A DNA stretch of 63,967 nt, filler included, from Intoshia linei (GCA_001642005.1; 8 parts of 8 records of this genome joined end to end with filler, not necessarily neighbours in it), one strand, 5' to 3'. Shown: positions 12,590 to 27,300, numbered from the whole stretch's first letter. Numbers and translations are program-made. Notes: a model not told the origin generated them from the letters alone.

Positions 12590-13972
12590 CTAGGTTGACT
12601 GTTATGTACTACGTACAAACAGTACCTAGCTCTACCGATGGCACATTTTTATTATAATTAAAAAATAAATTCACGTTTAAAATCTAACTTAAAACTCCTA
12701 TTCACTATTATCAATCCTTTATAGGAGTGGTTCCCAAATTTGTTTTAGGTGGAACCATCATATGACATTTTACTTTAAAGTGAATTATTTCATCTTAATG
12801 TTTTGTTTGTTAACATTTGCGTAAAGAATTTTAAAAACAATTGTTATCCTATTTTTTTAATTTATTAGACAAAATGTGTGTATATTATTAAAAATAAAGT
12901 AAAAATAGTTCAATCCTAAAAATTGTCATAAATAGCATAAATTCGAGAAAAAATAAAATTATAAAAACCTATTTTGTCATTTTCAATGATCATCACTGAT
13001 GATATATATTCAGTACCAATTTACAATTAACATTATGTTAATAAATACTTAAAAATACCAATTATGTATCAATAATTAACCGAATCTTCACTTTATAAAT
13101 ATATTTTAAACGAATTTACCAAATATTACAAAGGATTGTAATAAATATAAAAATGATACTAACAAAGTGGTTTTATTTCTATTTAAGTTTTATTCAAAAT
13201 GTTTTGAAAATGAGAATTTAAAAATTGCGAAGGATTGAATTATATAGATTTTCACCCATATTTTTTTAAATTGAGGATTAATCTTTACATTTTAAATTTT
13301 TATTTTAATCGTAATATTTGAAAAATATTGGTTGATAATTATTTAATAAATTATAATTTATCAAAAATTATTTTTCATCGGGAATGCGTAGATTTCTCGG
13401 GTTCAACTTTTGTATTTATATCAATTGGAATAAACTCTATCAAAATAATCTTTTGTTTGATTTTGCGACAGTTAATTATTTCACATTTTTTGTTTTAATA
13501 AAATATTTCGAAAAAAAAATATGAAAATTAAATGCTTTTTTTCACAGTGAAGTCGTCACTTATACGGATTGAAATTTTCTGTGTTTGTTAACAGGATACA
13601 ACTGTACAACCTGTAAATTTTTTGAAATTAGCTGTTTTCATTAAAAAAAGAAGGGTAATTTGTGGTTTTGGTCCTGAAGATATAATTTTTTTAAATTTAA
13701 ATTTATGATGTTTATGATTTTAAAATTCGTATCAGCGTATATTTTTTTTTTTTAATTCTCCAACTCGTTTGATTTTCAAAAAGAGGGACAATTGGGATTT
13801 TTGACCCGTAAGATGTGAGTTTGGGATGTTGAAATTATCTTATTATACGTCCTGGAAAAAACTGTAATTGAAATGTGGTCTTTATAAAATTCTAAGACTG
13901 GTAGTTATTTCAATAAAGTAGAACACATACACACACCAACAAAAATCGCGTAGCATCTTATATAAGTTAGGA
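12590..13972 (-). mobile_element. Longest copy (1383 bp) of the non-autonomous Helitron family
   Basis: On the minus strand: A|TCCTAACTTATATAAGATGCTACG...CTGTTTGTAC-GTA-GTACATAACAG-TCAAC-CTAG|T. It has a 5' TC, a subterminal hairpin, a 3' CTAG, insertion between A and T, and no TSD or TIR. Confidence 0.9.
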
Positions 13973-15939
13973 TTTGAAAAAGGTATTTACTAAGTTTTAA
14001 AAAAAACTAAGTTCAACACACAAGTATGTACTGTATTATAATAGTTTAGTTTTATGCTAAATTGAGTAATTCATTTACAAATTTAATTTCAATAAAAATA
14101 AAAATAATTATTTTTTTAAAATTTTTAATATCGTAATTATGTCATTTTTTATTGTAATCACCATAAATTAAATTATGGTCGTATGTTTGCCACTAATTTC
14201 TTAATTTATATAATTTTACGTTGTGTAAAAAAGTAAAAAACGCTAATTTATAACATATTTTTGAATGAGTATTCTATAATTTTTTTATAATAAACTCTTT
14301 ACGTTTAAATTATAGATAAATGCCTACTTATCAAAATATTCAAAACAGCTCAATTTTTAAAAACCAATTTAGACTAAACGTTAGTTGAATTTTACCGGTA
14401 AATGACAAATTTTTCTTTGAATTGCATTGACACCCCGGAAGCGACATATGAAAATTTTTTTTAAAGTTATTCCGTCTACCATAAAATGTTGAAAAATAGA
14501 AAACTTAAATTAAATTTAAATGTCATACATGTTTTTATCCTAATTGACAATGGTATATTAAAAAAATGGTCCCAAAAGAATTGTAATTATTTTAAATGAG
14601 TACTTAAACTCAACTACTCGAATCTACTTGAGAGTTATATTAATTTCAGTCACAAATTATAAAAATATCGCAACGACATTGACAATAACTTTTATAAATT
14701 TAGTAATTGTATTGGTGAACTGGAAACAAAACAATAAAAAGCGATTCAATAGATTGAAATTTATCAATTGATAATACTAGATAAGGAATTATTGTCAAAT
14801 TAATCTTAAAAATGGCAGATAATGATTCTTTATGTGAATTGTATCTTATCAATACAATGTTAATTAATCATTGTAATTAAATGTTTTATTTAGATTAATA
14901 TCATTAACAATCATCACAGTTAATTATATATAACTACGGGCTACTCATAAGAGACTTTAATGTTATTTTTATGATGGAATAAAAAATGATTATCCCAGTC
15001 TTTCAATTTGTAAATTCTTTACTTATAAAATTGAACAAATTAATTACCAAAATTCATAAAAAATTTTTCATTGAAATTATCATTTATTAGTAATAATCTA
15101 ATTAATTGATTAATAGTCAAATATTTTGGCTCGCTGTCTAATGTTGCATAAAATGTAACTATATGTGTATCTATTAAGTGTGTTAAAAGACCATTAAAAA
15201 TTCGAATTTTGATTTTATGTTAATTAGCTCTTCATAAAACAAAAGCATGTAATTAATAATAACAATGGACAGCTGGTAACGGAGATTTAATTTTGTTTAT
15301 ATATAAAATATTAATGTGCAATTAATGAGTGTGAGACCATTACTATAATGTTAAATATTCTCAATTAATATTTAAATTAGCACCATTATACAACAATATA
15401 CCATATAATTTTTAATGATTTGTTGATATTTAAACAATACTTGATTGATCAAAAGATTGCAAGATAACGTATTAGAAAGATATAATGACAAAAGTTAGAT
15501 TTGGTTTTTAAACGTTTATTTTGAATTGCAACCCATTGATATAAATTCCGTCAAGTAAAGCAATTTAGTTAAACGCTCAATATGATAAAACAGCTTTGTA
15601 TAGCAACTTTGATGATAGATAATTGATTTGATTGATGGATCAATTATAATTTTATTGTAGGCGCAACTGTTATATTACTAATTTGGATCATAGCTTCACC
15701 ACAATCAGCAGGCTACAAATTTTGTTGTCTCTTTATATAACTCAACCAATAAAATACACTACCGCGTCAAAAACCAATTAAAATACTCATTTCGCCTCAA
15801 CACACAATAAAACAATTTAAACAAAGCTATAATACAATGCCTACAAGTTTGACTACATTAAAATTTATTACACTTAAACTTGTTTGCACAAATTGAAAAC
15901 AAATTTGATATAAGCATTACTTATTACACTTTATAAAAA

Positions 15940-17574
15940 ATGGCGAAAACAAAATTTAGCATTGAGTATCTTCTTGACCTAAAAACTGAATACAACCAAC
16001 AGTTGAAGGGCTCTCGAATTAATTCTGATAGTAACGATTCCAATCCTAGTACGGGTCTAAGTGAAATTAATACGAAATATAAATATCAGCAAATCATGAA
16101 AAAACAGCAATCCCAAGAAATGGTAAATGATCCTTTTTCTCAAGTTTACCAGTGTTATCTTGATATGTATAGACAAGATTACAGTAAAAATTTCAAACCA
16201 TCATTGCCAATTTTTCAAAACCTCAATTTTTACAACCAAAAACAAGTTGTTTCAAAAAGTAATTTTTATTTGGTATTTTAAATACATTTCATTTAGATTA
16301 TTTTGCAAATACAACTACAAATAAATGCCATCTCCGTCGCCATAAAACAAATAGAAAGCCCAGAACACCGTTTACACCAGATCAGCTTTCGACATTAGAA
16401 AACAAGTTCTTGCAAAAGCAATATTTATCAATATCAGAACGATCAGATTTTAGTAAAAAGTTGGAATTATCAGAAACTCAAGTAAAAATATGGTTTCAGG
16501 TAATTTTTATGTACAATAATTCAGTAACAAAAAATCATGAAATGATAGACTAAAAGGTAATATGTCAGTTCTGTGAAGGTCTAACAGTATACCAGATAAA
16601 TGGAAATTGTGAACATTCATATACATAATAATTATAACCGATAAAATGACAAATTTACTAAAATAAGGTTTGATATAAAGAAACTTAACACAGTATCTCA
16701 AAATCATAAAGGGCGATTTAAAATATTTAAGACTTTAAACTTAAATTTAAAATGCAATTGAACCATCTTCAAATAAGCTTAATTCATCATTAAATTTATT
16801 TAAAATCGTTTAAAATTGGCCCAGTTTTATTGTGGGTTCTTTACACGACATTTCATGTGGATATTGCAAAAGTTGACGCTGTTATCGGAAGACCAAACGC
16901 AATGATAATACAAGAATAATGAAAATTATAATCGTTTGCAATGAGTAGCCTCTGGTAATCAAAAATCCTTTAAGTAAAAGTTTCAAGGATCATGGTCATA
17001 AACTCGAACCGTCATCTTTAATAATTTTATTTTTTGACAAGTGTAGTTTGTTTCAGTTTAGTATATTCATTACATTATAAAAGTCAAACTGTTTTAAAAG
17101 CTGACATATTTTTTTATCAATTTACGATTTATCAATTTATGTTCCCGTTTCAATTAAAAAAATATTACCCTTACACGGCACTGCATACATGTATTAGTGT
17201 TTTTTTACTATAACGTAAATTTTTACATTTATTTTAAAATAAATAAACGTTTTCAACGGGAAAATACCACCCTGCGATTAAATCCGGAGGGATTTGTAGA
17301 ATTAACTGTTTATAGAAAAAAATATTCGTTATAAAATTTAAATTTGAAAAAATAAAAAGTTGTATCGAGTTTCAGTTAATTTTATTTAATGTCAGATACT
17401 TTAATAATTTTGACATCAAGCATTAGTGTTTATCTTTAATGAGATTAATGTCATTTTAAATTATATTAGCAGGTTTTACATTTTTGTAATAAAAAATTTT
17501 TAATTTAGAATCGGAGAGCAAAAAACAAACGGATACAAGAATCGAATTTAACAAATTTAAATGCACCGTTTTGA
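15940..17574 (+). CDS. Msx: Msx/msh homeobox transcription factor. Exons 15940-16258, 16297-16499, 17509-17574
   Basis: N-terminal eh1 motif FSIEYLL. Spliced homeodomain region [58 protein letters not shown]|[11 protein letters not shown] is diagnostic of Msx. Confidence 0.96.
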
Positions 17575-18716
17575 ATTACAAACAAATGCAAATTTTAATG
17601 TATTCTGTAAAATATTGTTATATTTGAAAATATTAAATTTATATAAAAAGTTGAAAGAATATTTATACACAGCGTGAATTGGAATAAATTATCCAAATAA
17701 TTAACTCGATTACTTTTCAAACAAATAAGTTTCATTATATTAATTTTTAAATTAATTTTAAATACCACTATAAAAATGACAGAATTTCCATAATTCATAT
17801 AATCATGTTTATAAATAGACAAAAGTTAATTGAATATCAAATTTAATATGAAATGTGCCATTTTGTAGTTGAGTGACATTTTCTTTTATTACAAATCAAC
17901 AAATTTTAATCAATTGCATCAAGTTAATGACTGAAAAATTTGGAATAATTATTTAAAAATTAAATTTAGTAAATATACAACGTGATATATATTTTCAAAT
18001 GGAAAGTATGAAAATTGATATGATAATTTCCTAATTGACTTTTGATTGCGTTTGGCATATGCTTGTCAATATTAAGTCGTTCATTACTTTATAATCAATT
18101 TTCATTATGACATTTTCTTTGGGGTTTAAGTTTTTAATAAGCATGATTGTCATAAATAAATATTATTCTAATATTACATGTATTCAACTTTACATTATAA
18201 TTTTAATTTGATTTATTTCATATAAAATTACCATTCCGGCTCGCTGCTCAAATTGTTTGTTATTGGTAACAAATCTGGCTTGAATAAAATGTAATCCTCA
18301 ATTACCTTTTTCAATAAAATTGGGTTTCTTTTTGTATTTGTTTCTTTATTGTTTATTTCTTCTACACATTCATTCTTTATCGTTTCCAATTTTTTTTCAA
18401 TTTTTGATTCACTAATTAAATTTTTCATTTTTATATTATTCGCTTACAAACCTATACATTGCAATTTTTAGTTATTTCCCGGAATCAAAGCAACAATAAT
18501 ATTATCAGTAAAGTGTAGTTATCCAGAATATTTTTATCAATAGCATTATATTCAGAGTGTTGTGATAATAACAGCACTGGATGTGGACATTTTTTCAAGT
18601 ATAAGTACAGCATTCTCTCTGTAATTGGCCATTCTTAAAGATTTAGAAAAAGTTGGCGATATAGAGAATTTAAAACTATAGAAGAATCAGATAAAACCTT
18701 TAGATTAAAAGCTAAA

Positions 18717-18902
18717 CCAGGGGTTGCCATATTTTTTTCACGGCGGACCAGTAATAAATTATAAAATTTATCGTGGACCAAAAAAGATAAATTACTAGGC
18801 AATTTTATAAATATTAAATAAAAAACGTAATAAATTGACTTAATTAGTAAAAATTTTTCATGGACCATTACTGATCCGCGGACTTGTACTTGGGAAACGC
18901 TA
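18717..18902. mobile_element. hAT-type MITE
   Basis: CAGGGGTTGCCATATTTTTTT...CGCGGAC...TTGGGAAACGCT with repeated (GT/GC)GGACCA motifs. Confidence 0.55.
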
Positions 18903-19356
18903 AGCTAAATTATAATAAAGTGTAAATTACAAAGTTCAATACAAAATATTTAAAATATATTTTATCAAAAGTTCCAAATTTATAACTGAAATTAATTATT
19001 TTTTTAATTAATATATATTTTCTAAAAATTATATTTGAATTAAAAAATGAGTTTACTAAATATGGTAAATCAGTGAATAGAATAGAATATAAGTACTTTT
19101 TAAAGCGTAATATACAGATTCCCCTTTTTTAAATAAATTTATTATCCATCTGCTTTATTAAACCTTTAAGTTTTATTTCGCGATTTAGAAGATTTATTTT
19201 AAATTCCAACGTGATTTAAAACTACGTACATAAAATAACTAATTTTGAAAAATGGTTTTAAAACTTTTAGTTTTATATTTAAAATTAATGGCGAGTAAGA
19301 GAAGAGGGAGTTATAGGATAAAATAATATTATTTCCATATTGTAATATTCTCCAAA

Positions 19357-20215
19357 TCCTTACTTATATAATATGCTACGTTATTTTTGTTTGTGTGTGT
19401 GTGTTTCACTTTACTTAAATAACTACCTGTCTTAGAATTTTATAAAGTCCACATTTCAATTACAGTTTTTTCCGGGTGTGTTCGCAAAACACATTTCAAT
19501 CTCCCAAACTCACATCTTACGGGTCAAAAACCCCAATTGTCCTTTTTTTTGAAAATCAAACGAGTTAGAAAATTTAAAAAGATATATACACTGATACGGA
19601 TTTTAAAATCATAAACATATCATATTATAATATCATTATCATAAATTTAAATTTAAAAAAATAATATCTTCAGGGCCAAAACCACAAATTTGGTAAAAGC
19701 AATTTTGGTAAAATTCGACTGAAATGTGTATCACTTAAGTGAAGATTCGGTTAATTATTGATACATAATTGGTATTTTTAAATATTTATTAAATTGGTAC
19801 TGAATATATATCATCACACTGAAAATGACAAAATAAGTTTTTATAATTTTATTTTTTCTGGAATTTGTGCTATTTATGACAGTTTTTAGAATTGGACTGT
19901 TTTTACTTTAATTTTAATATTTTACACACATATTGTAAAATAAATTAAAAAAATGGGATAACAATTGTTTTTAAAATTCTTTACGCAAATGTTAACAAAC
20001 AAAACATTAAGATGGAATAATTCAGTTTAAAGTAAAATGTGATATGATATTTCCACCTAAAACAAATTTGGGAACCACTCCTTTAAAGGATTGATAATAG
20101 TGAATAGGAGTTTTAAGTTAGATTTTAAACGTGAGTTTATTTTTTAAGTATAATAAAAATGTGCCCTCGCCAAAGCTAGGTCTTGTTTGTAAGTAGTACA
20201 TAACAGTCAACCTAG
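19357..20215 (+). mobile_element. Helitron copy (859 bp, internally deleted, both ends intact)
   Basis: A|TCCTTACTTATATAATATGCTACG...GTAGTACATAACAGTCAACCTAG|T. Confidence 0.9.
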
Positions 20216-21516
20216 TGATTGTATAATAATCATTTGGCGAAATACAGAATTGGCGATTTATAGAGAGAATACTGTACGTTTAAAAGTTTAATAAAATAAT
20301 AAAATTATACATAGACATTAATTTGGAAACATTAGTTTCTTAAAACTATAATCTTGTATTATACTTCATAATTGAGTTTAGATTCTTCCATTATTTTATC
20401 GAAACAAGCTTTTACATATTTGATCTATATAAAATAGATACACTACTCTGTAAAATTTAATTACAGTAAACTCTCGAAAAGTAAAAACGACAATGTTACC
20501 ATAGTTATTATATTAATTAAACTAATATATTAAAAATAATATGTTATTAACATTTATGTGTTTATAACAGAAGTGTCAATTATACTTATGCGGTCCCTGT
20601 TATAATATAAATTTTTATTATTATAAGAAAATACTTTACCCATATTTTATTAGTTTTTTTATATAATTTTCATTGTTTATTTATTCATGATTACAATTTT
20701 AGCATTAGTTATGCACTTATTCTATTATTATTGTTTCTTAATTCTATTAATTAATTAAAACTGTTAGTTTAATAACGGTTTGATTAAATATATTTTTTGT
20801 GCGGCCCACGTAATAATTTTTTTTTCATATTTGGCCCGCCAAGCAAATTGGTTCTGACATCTCTGGTTTATAAAAATGTGAATTTATTAAATATGTAACC
20901 ATTGAAATCAGATCCAAACCTACTATTCCTCGAAATTTCATGTTAATTAAAAATAGGCCCTAACCACCGTGGCGGATCTAGGATTTTCCGCCAGGGGGGC
21001 CAAATAATTATTAGTGGGCAAAATGTATATAATGTATATATATTGAAATTTTTATATTATGTTTATTAAATATTTCTATCTATAATAATAATTTATATAA
21101 TGTATTTTTAATATTTTTACACATTTCAATAAATGCGATGTAACTTGTTTAAATCGATATCTAATAAATAAATTAGTCCACTATTTCTTAAACTAGGTCT
21201 TGCCAATAATTTTCAAATATACAGCGAAATTGCTTCGAATTTTAATTTTATGTTTTCTATCACACTAAAAATATTTAGTTTTTTATTGGATTCCGCAAGG
21301 CGATTTTGAAAGGTTCCGATCAGAAAACTTTTTCTAGTCAATGTATTAGTCGATCGCATCAAAAAAATGTTGCCCACCATTGCGCTACACCCTCATAAAC
21401 AACATTTCTAAAAACTAAGAAATATATTTATAATTATTTTTAACGTTAAAGATTGACATTTATTATTTATTTAATATTTAACAATACTCGTTAGAATCAA
21501 CATAATAATATATGGC

Positions 21517-24071
21517 CTATATTATCAATAATTTATCATATATTCTATGACACAGAAGGTTTAAATTTGGAAGAATTTTTTTGGAAAAAGTAAGCTTTTC
21601 ATAATATATTTATGTATATAATAATACCTTCTTACAATCTATTGTTAATGTTACATCGTTGTCTTCTTTTTTGTAATTAACAATAATTGATCCATCATGT
21701 TTTATTTTAACTGAAATAATATCAATCCAATATATATTTTCAATGTGAACATTTTCGTCATTCTAAAATATATAAACATTAATTGGATTATAATCAATAA
21801 TTATGTAAAAATGACTATCATCAGGTAATGATAAGTGGCGGATCAGAATTATATATAAGTTGTGATATAAGTAAAAATATTAGGATGTGATGATCGTAGG
21901 CCTAGTCACATAACCTTTTCCACAGCCAAATATAAATTTAAACTTTTATTAATGTTTCATGAAAATATTTTCTAAACAAAATTTGAATAAGTACCAAATA
22001 TGGAAATAATTTTCATAATACAAAAATAAAATGACCTTAATATCAATTTCAATTTCAATGATATTGTAGGATAATTTTAAGTTAGCTGTATAATTGTCTA
22101 AATCCATATAGGTGATATCAACGCCTTTGAAAATAATTGTGTTGTAGTGGTTATACTTTTGCAATTTATTGACAACCTGGAAAAACATTATTAACCCTTA
22201 TGAAATTATAAAAATATATATTGTAAATACTTCTTTGTATTTATTTTTATTTTTTAGGTGAATGATATATTTTAGGGACTCTTCGTCAAGATTAAAATTT
22301 GCTAAATCGGATATAACCTAAATATAAATATTATTAATTAAATATATTCATGTAACTGTGTAATAAAGATATTTAAGAGTGAGAGAATTTTCAATCATAA
22401 AAGCTTCCAAGTTCAACGAAAAAACCCATTTTTTAAGATAAAATTTAGAATAGTTAAAATTATAAATCAAATAGCATACGTTGTCACTTTTATGGGTTAT
22501 TGAATCTAAAATGAAATGTTATTATTGAAGTATACTGTATACAATCATAATCATAAACAAAAATTGAAAAAACATCAAAGTATTCGGCAATGTCCAAGAT
22601 TTCGAGTAATTTCTATTAACAAAATAATAAAAACATACATCAGGGTGAGCACAATAAGACCCGCCAGCATTTTCATTTGCTCCGTGAGGTGATGTTTTGA
22701 ATTTGTGTTTAGTTTTAGTATTAATTAATTTATATTACCATTCCATGTGTTGTTTTTTCAAAAATGGTAACAGTCCAGCTTAACTTATGAATGTTAGGAA
22801 AACATACCATTAAATTCACGCTTAAGTTAAACTGTTGTATCATATATTATAGTAATAATTAATTTTACATCTGTAATTTATCTGAATAGAGTTGAAAAAT
22901 ATTTTGGATGCCATTTTATTTTTTGTGTGGTTTCTCCAGCGGGACAAAAATAGTGCCCACCTGATATAAATCATTCAATTTAAAGTTATAAGTATAAATT
23001 AAAGAAAAACACAAAATCACACCGTTAGTACATCAGAAATAGTAGTGGATTCATCAACTTGGACAGTCAAAATGTTATCATCGGGCAAGTACACATTAAG
23101 ATAAATAAGTTTGAACTATAAATAAATGCAAATCAATGAATGTTTACTGATTTGGGTTCGAAATTGGAAAAAAATTCTTGTGTAATGGAATTATCAAATA
23201 TCTCTTGAATAGAACAAACTATAAAAAAATGAATTAATATATAAACAAATAACTATTATCAATCCAGGCTTCAAGAAGTCTACGCCGTCTGTCTATTTGG
23301 TGCTTATCCAATTTAAAAGGCCATTTTTTGGGAAAATTGGTCAAAATATCTGGAGTAAACTTATTTTTAAGTTCATTATAATATTTAAAAAAATGACTAT
23401 ATCGTCGAGAACAAAGATAACTCCCTTGATAGTAAACATCATAGTTCTAAAAACAAAATTTATAAATCTATAAAAAAATGAATTAATACAATGTAATTGA
23501 CATTATTTTTTTCGTAAATATGAGTAACATTTGGTATTGTAATAATAATGTACTTTCTATCGTACAGATGTGAACCAACAAATTTTTTAACATTTCGCAG
23601 AACCTTGTCTGTGTTACCGTCAAGATAATTCGCATCTTCTTTGGTTAACGTCAAAACTATACATGGTTGAAAAACATATCATCTTTACCTTCTAATTTTA
23701 AAAAAACTCCTGTTTGCTTTATAAGATCAATCACTGTATGTTGCGCCATCGATTCAACTCTAATACCATTTCTAATATAAATTTAAAATACACAAGTAAA
23801 CAAAAACACGCTGCGTATTCTGTCGCCAATTCGTAAACCTGCCTTGTAAGCTAGGCTATCTTTCGTCACAGACGAAACTGTTTGCATGGGACCATACAAA
23901 ATCCCTCCTACACTCCTAAGTTGGCCTCCTTCAAATGTTTGTCCGTTGATTTGGAACCCATATTCATTATCTTCGGCATTCGTCGTTATTTCAACTTTAT
24001 GTAACAAGGAAGCTAAATTTTGTTAACAAATTTTTATGAATTATACTTTCCACTATAATTTCTGTATTCAT
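21517..24071 (-). CDS. SNX27: Sorting nexin 27 (PDZ-PX-FERM-like), multi-exon; 3' exon boundaries approximate
   Basis: PDZ sequence YGFQINGQTFEGGQLRSVGGILYGPMQTVSSV carries the SNX27-specific EGGQLRS hairpin. PX motifs YLCSRRY and FPKKWPFKLDKHQIDRRRRLLEAW; FERM-like LNVYLPDDNILTVQV; short GT-AG introns. Confidence 0.92.
22641..22963. mobile_element. hAT-type MITE in an SNX27 intron
   Basis: TIRs CAGGGTGAGCAC and GTGCCCACCTG; flanks ACATACAT / ATATAAAT (6/8 match). Confidence 0.6.
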
Positions 24072-24395
24072 TGATAAAATCACTGTTGCATTAACATTTA
24101 TTTCCCCAAATTATTTCAAGTTTCTATAACATTTTCTATAATATTGACACACTAACGAATTGATATACTTTTTAATATATAACAGTTAACGTCGGAATAT
24201 AAACTAATACACTAAAATGTATAACATTTTAATAAATATATAAAATTTTTGATCACTTTTTAAATGTTGTAAACAGGAAATATTAGTTTATTAGCTCCAA
24301 AATAACGCGATTTATATATTTAAATTAAAACGAAAAATGGATCAATAAATATAAAAATTATTATGTATTATTATGTTGGAACAGTGGTATTATGG

Positions 24396-27300
24396 TTAAT
24401 GTAGTTTGAGAGTTTTAGCCAATTTTAGGGCATTTGAACCGGTTATGAATGAAGTATGATCTCCAGAAGCTACATGTATTTTTATTTTTTCTTCGCACAC
24501 CTAGAACGGAATAAATTAATGAATTAAAAGAATAATACAGATTGAAGTCCAAAATCTTCTCCGTCAGATTCGATCAATTTAGTATTGCTATTATCTGTTG
24601 ATCTGACAAATATGATATTTTTCGTCTTGAGTTTAAATTCCACTCGGTGATCCAAACATAAGAAGAGTAATTTTTGAAATATATAGTGAGCATCAATTAT
24701 ATCTCGCTCGTTTTGTATGGGCGAATGATCTTGTATCATTGAAACCGTTTTTTGAAGTTGTTCTTTTTGGGAAGGTAATGCAAGAAGTTCATCGTTAAAC
24801 TAAAATGAGATTGTTTATAATTAGTAAAAGATTAATATAAATATTACGCTGGGTATATCGATAGATAAGAATTGATTGGTAAAATAGCATAATGATCTAG
24901 TAAATATGACTCGTTCTTGATTGGAAATGTTACTTATTTCTTCCCTCATTCTGATATACACGTATTTATGTGAACCATCCAAAAAGTAAATATTTTCAAT
25001 ATGTTCACATTGTTGTTCCAAAATATGAGCAATAACCACGACTAAATTACACCCATAAGAATACCCTGCAAGTCTGTAGGGACCAATTGGTTGAATTTTT
25101 TTAATTTCCTAAAATAAACTATATTTATTAAAAAAACGACAACCTGTATATAAAACATTGCCAAATCGTTAATATTCGTTAAAGGAGCTGATCTACAACA
25201 CTGGACTCCATATACTCTTCCCTTTATGTATTTTGCCAATTCATACAAGCTTTGTACAGTTCCCTCCAGTGGGTGGACAATAAACAGTGATGTGTAATTA
25301 TTAAATTTCAATGATTTTGTGATAGCGTTAGAGTCTGGTTCTGATATAATAGCAGAATCAATACTACTGATTGATCCTATATCCGTAGCACTGCAGCCAC
25401 TACTAGAAGCGTTAGATACAATTCTACAATGTAAATTTTTTTGTTTAATTCTGTTTTCCTCGCATACTATATCATTTTCTTCCAAATTTAATTTAGGGAG
25501 CAGGGATCCATTTCGAGCCGATCCATTTTTATTCATTAAAACAATACAATCATCAGCGACTAATTTTGCAATGTTATACCTATTGGCAATATTCTTTTTG
25601 AAAACAATACTACTTCGTTTTCTTTCTAATTTTTCTTTGTGTAATGGATCTGAAATAATTGATTTTGGTTCATTCTCAGTTAAGCTTCCTGCTTCAGAAA
25701 TAAGATTAATGTCGGATAATGTCAAGTTTCTAATCTCTTTAGAGTTCAAAGATAAATCATACTTGTTTTCCAAAAACTGTTTGATTTCTACAGTCATTAA
25801 AGAGTCCAGTCCCAGCGTTGACAGTTTCGAAGTTAACGGTAAAACAGATAAATCTGCCACGCCTAAAATTTTGGCTAGAGCCATCATCATGTCAAATTCT
25901 TTAGCACTATCAGATATGGTCTTGTCAGCCAATGAAAACACGGAATAAGTTTCCGAATTAGAACTCAAAATTTTATCCATACACGTCAAAACAGATGGAA
26001 TGCGTTGTGGCATAGTACCACCTATCGATACAGAATTACTCCCGATTAATGATATTGCCATTCCCACATCACCTACAGCACCCCATTGAATGGCCACACC
26101 ATTCAGACCATCATCTCTTCTACTTTTACAAATACTTTCCATAGCTGAATTAGCGAAACCGTAATTACATTGACCAGCATTTCCTCTACCGCAACTGATT
26201 GAAGAAAAGCAAACAAACCAACGTGGATTAAATTGTAACTGTCTCAAACAGTTATCCAAGTTTAAAGTTCCACTATATTTTGCTTCACAAACTTTTGAAA
26301 AAGATTCGGCGGTTTGATTTTCCATCATGGCGTCAATAGTAATTGCAGCCAAGTTGAATACACCATCAATTTCACGGTTTTTAGTTATCTTATTTAACAT
26401 TATCAACATTTCATTGGAATTTGAAATGTTAATTTTTTCAATCTTGAGGTTAACTCCGCACTCTATGAAATAAGCCAATTTAACTTTTTGGTACGAATTC
26501 TTGATTCCTGATCTAGAAGTAAGTGTAATGTTTTTAGCACCACGGGAAATAAGCCACTCGCAAAATTCTAATCCAATGCCACCGAGACCACCAAAAAGAA
26601 TATATTCTTTGTCTGGGCAACAATACGTTTTTCTAAGTGCATTTACAGAGGAAGAGTTGACGTTAATCAAAACCTTTCCAATGTGTTTTCCAGTAGCCAT
26701 ATATCGGAAAGCTTCCTCCAATTGATCCGTGTTAAATTTTGTGAAACACAATGGTAATACAACCCCACTTTCTATACCTTCTTTCAATAATTGACTCACA
26801 ATTGGCCATTCGCAATTTTTTGAACTCATAAGAGAATCCAGTAATATACCGTGAAATGAAATGTTTCTCAAAAAAACGGACATACCCAATTTACTATTGT
26901 TTGATAAATCAGCCTTTCCAATTTCCAAAAATCGTCCATGGTCAGCAATTAAATCAAGTGAAACTTGCAAGAATTGACCAGACAGAGAATTCAATACAAC
27001 GTCTACACCGTAACCTTTCGTCAAGTTTAAAACGTGCGATTGAAAATTTTTAAAATTTCGAGAATCTGTAATGTGTTCAGGTTTCAACCATGGAAAAAGA
27101 GAGAGTAAAATTTGTTTTTTTTTGTCAGAACCAACAGTAGTGATAATATTACATCCAATGCTATGAGCAATACGAATAGATGCTTGGCCAACACCGCCAG
27201 AACCAGAATGAATCAAAACCCATTCACCTTTTTTAATATTTCCACGAACAATTAGAGAATAGTAAGCTGTAGTGTAAACAACCGGAACGGTTGCGGCTTG

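Noticed and set aside
15120-15670. Possible BMP/Smad response elements upstream of Msx (GGCTCG..GTCT, GGCGCA)
   Set aside because: Neither matches the GGCGCC-N5-GTCT consensus or spacing; TAAT sites are uninformative at this AT content.
17880-18634. Minus-strand coding-like fragments downstream of Msx
   Set aside because: Interrupted by stops, with no recognisable family or consistent splice model.
25042-25143. Apparent frameshift or truncation of FAS before the thioesterase
   Set aside because: Explained by a 35-nt GT-AG intron (25143-25109); splicing restores GYSYG.
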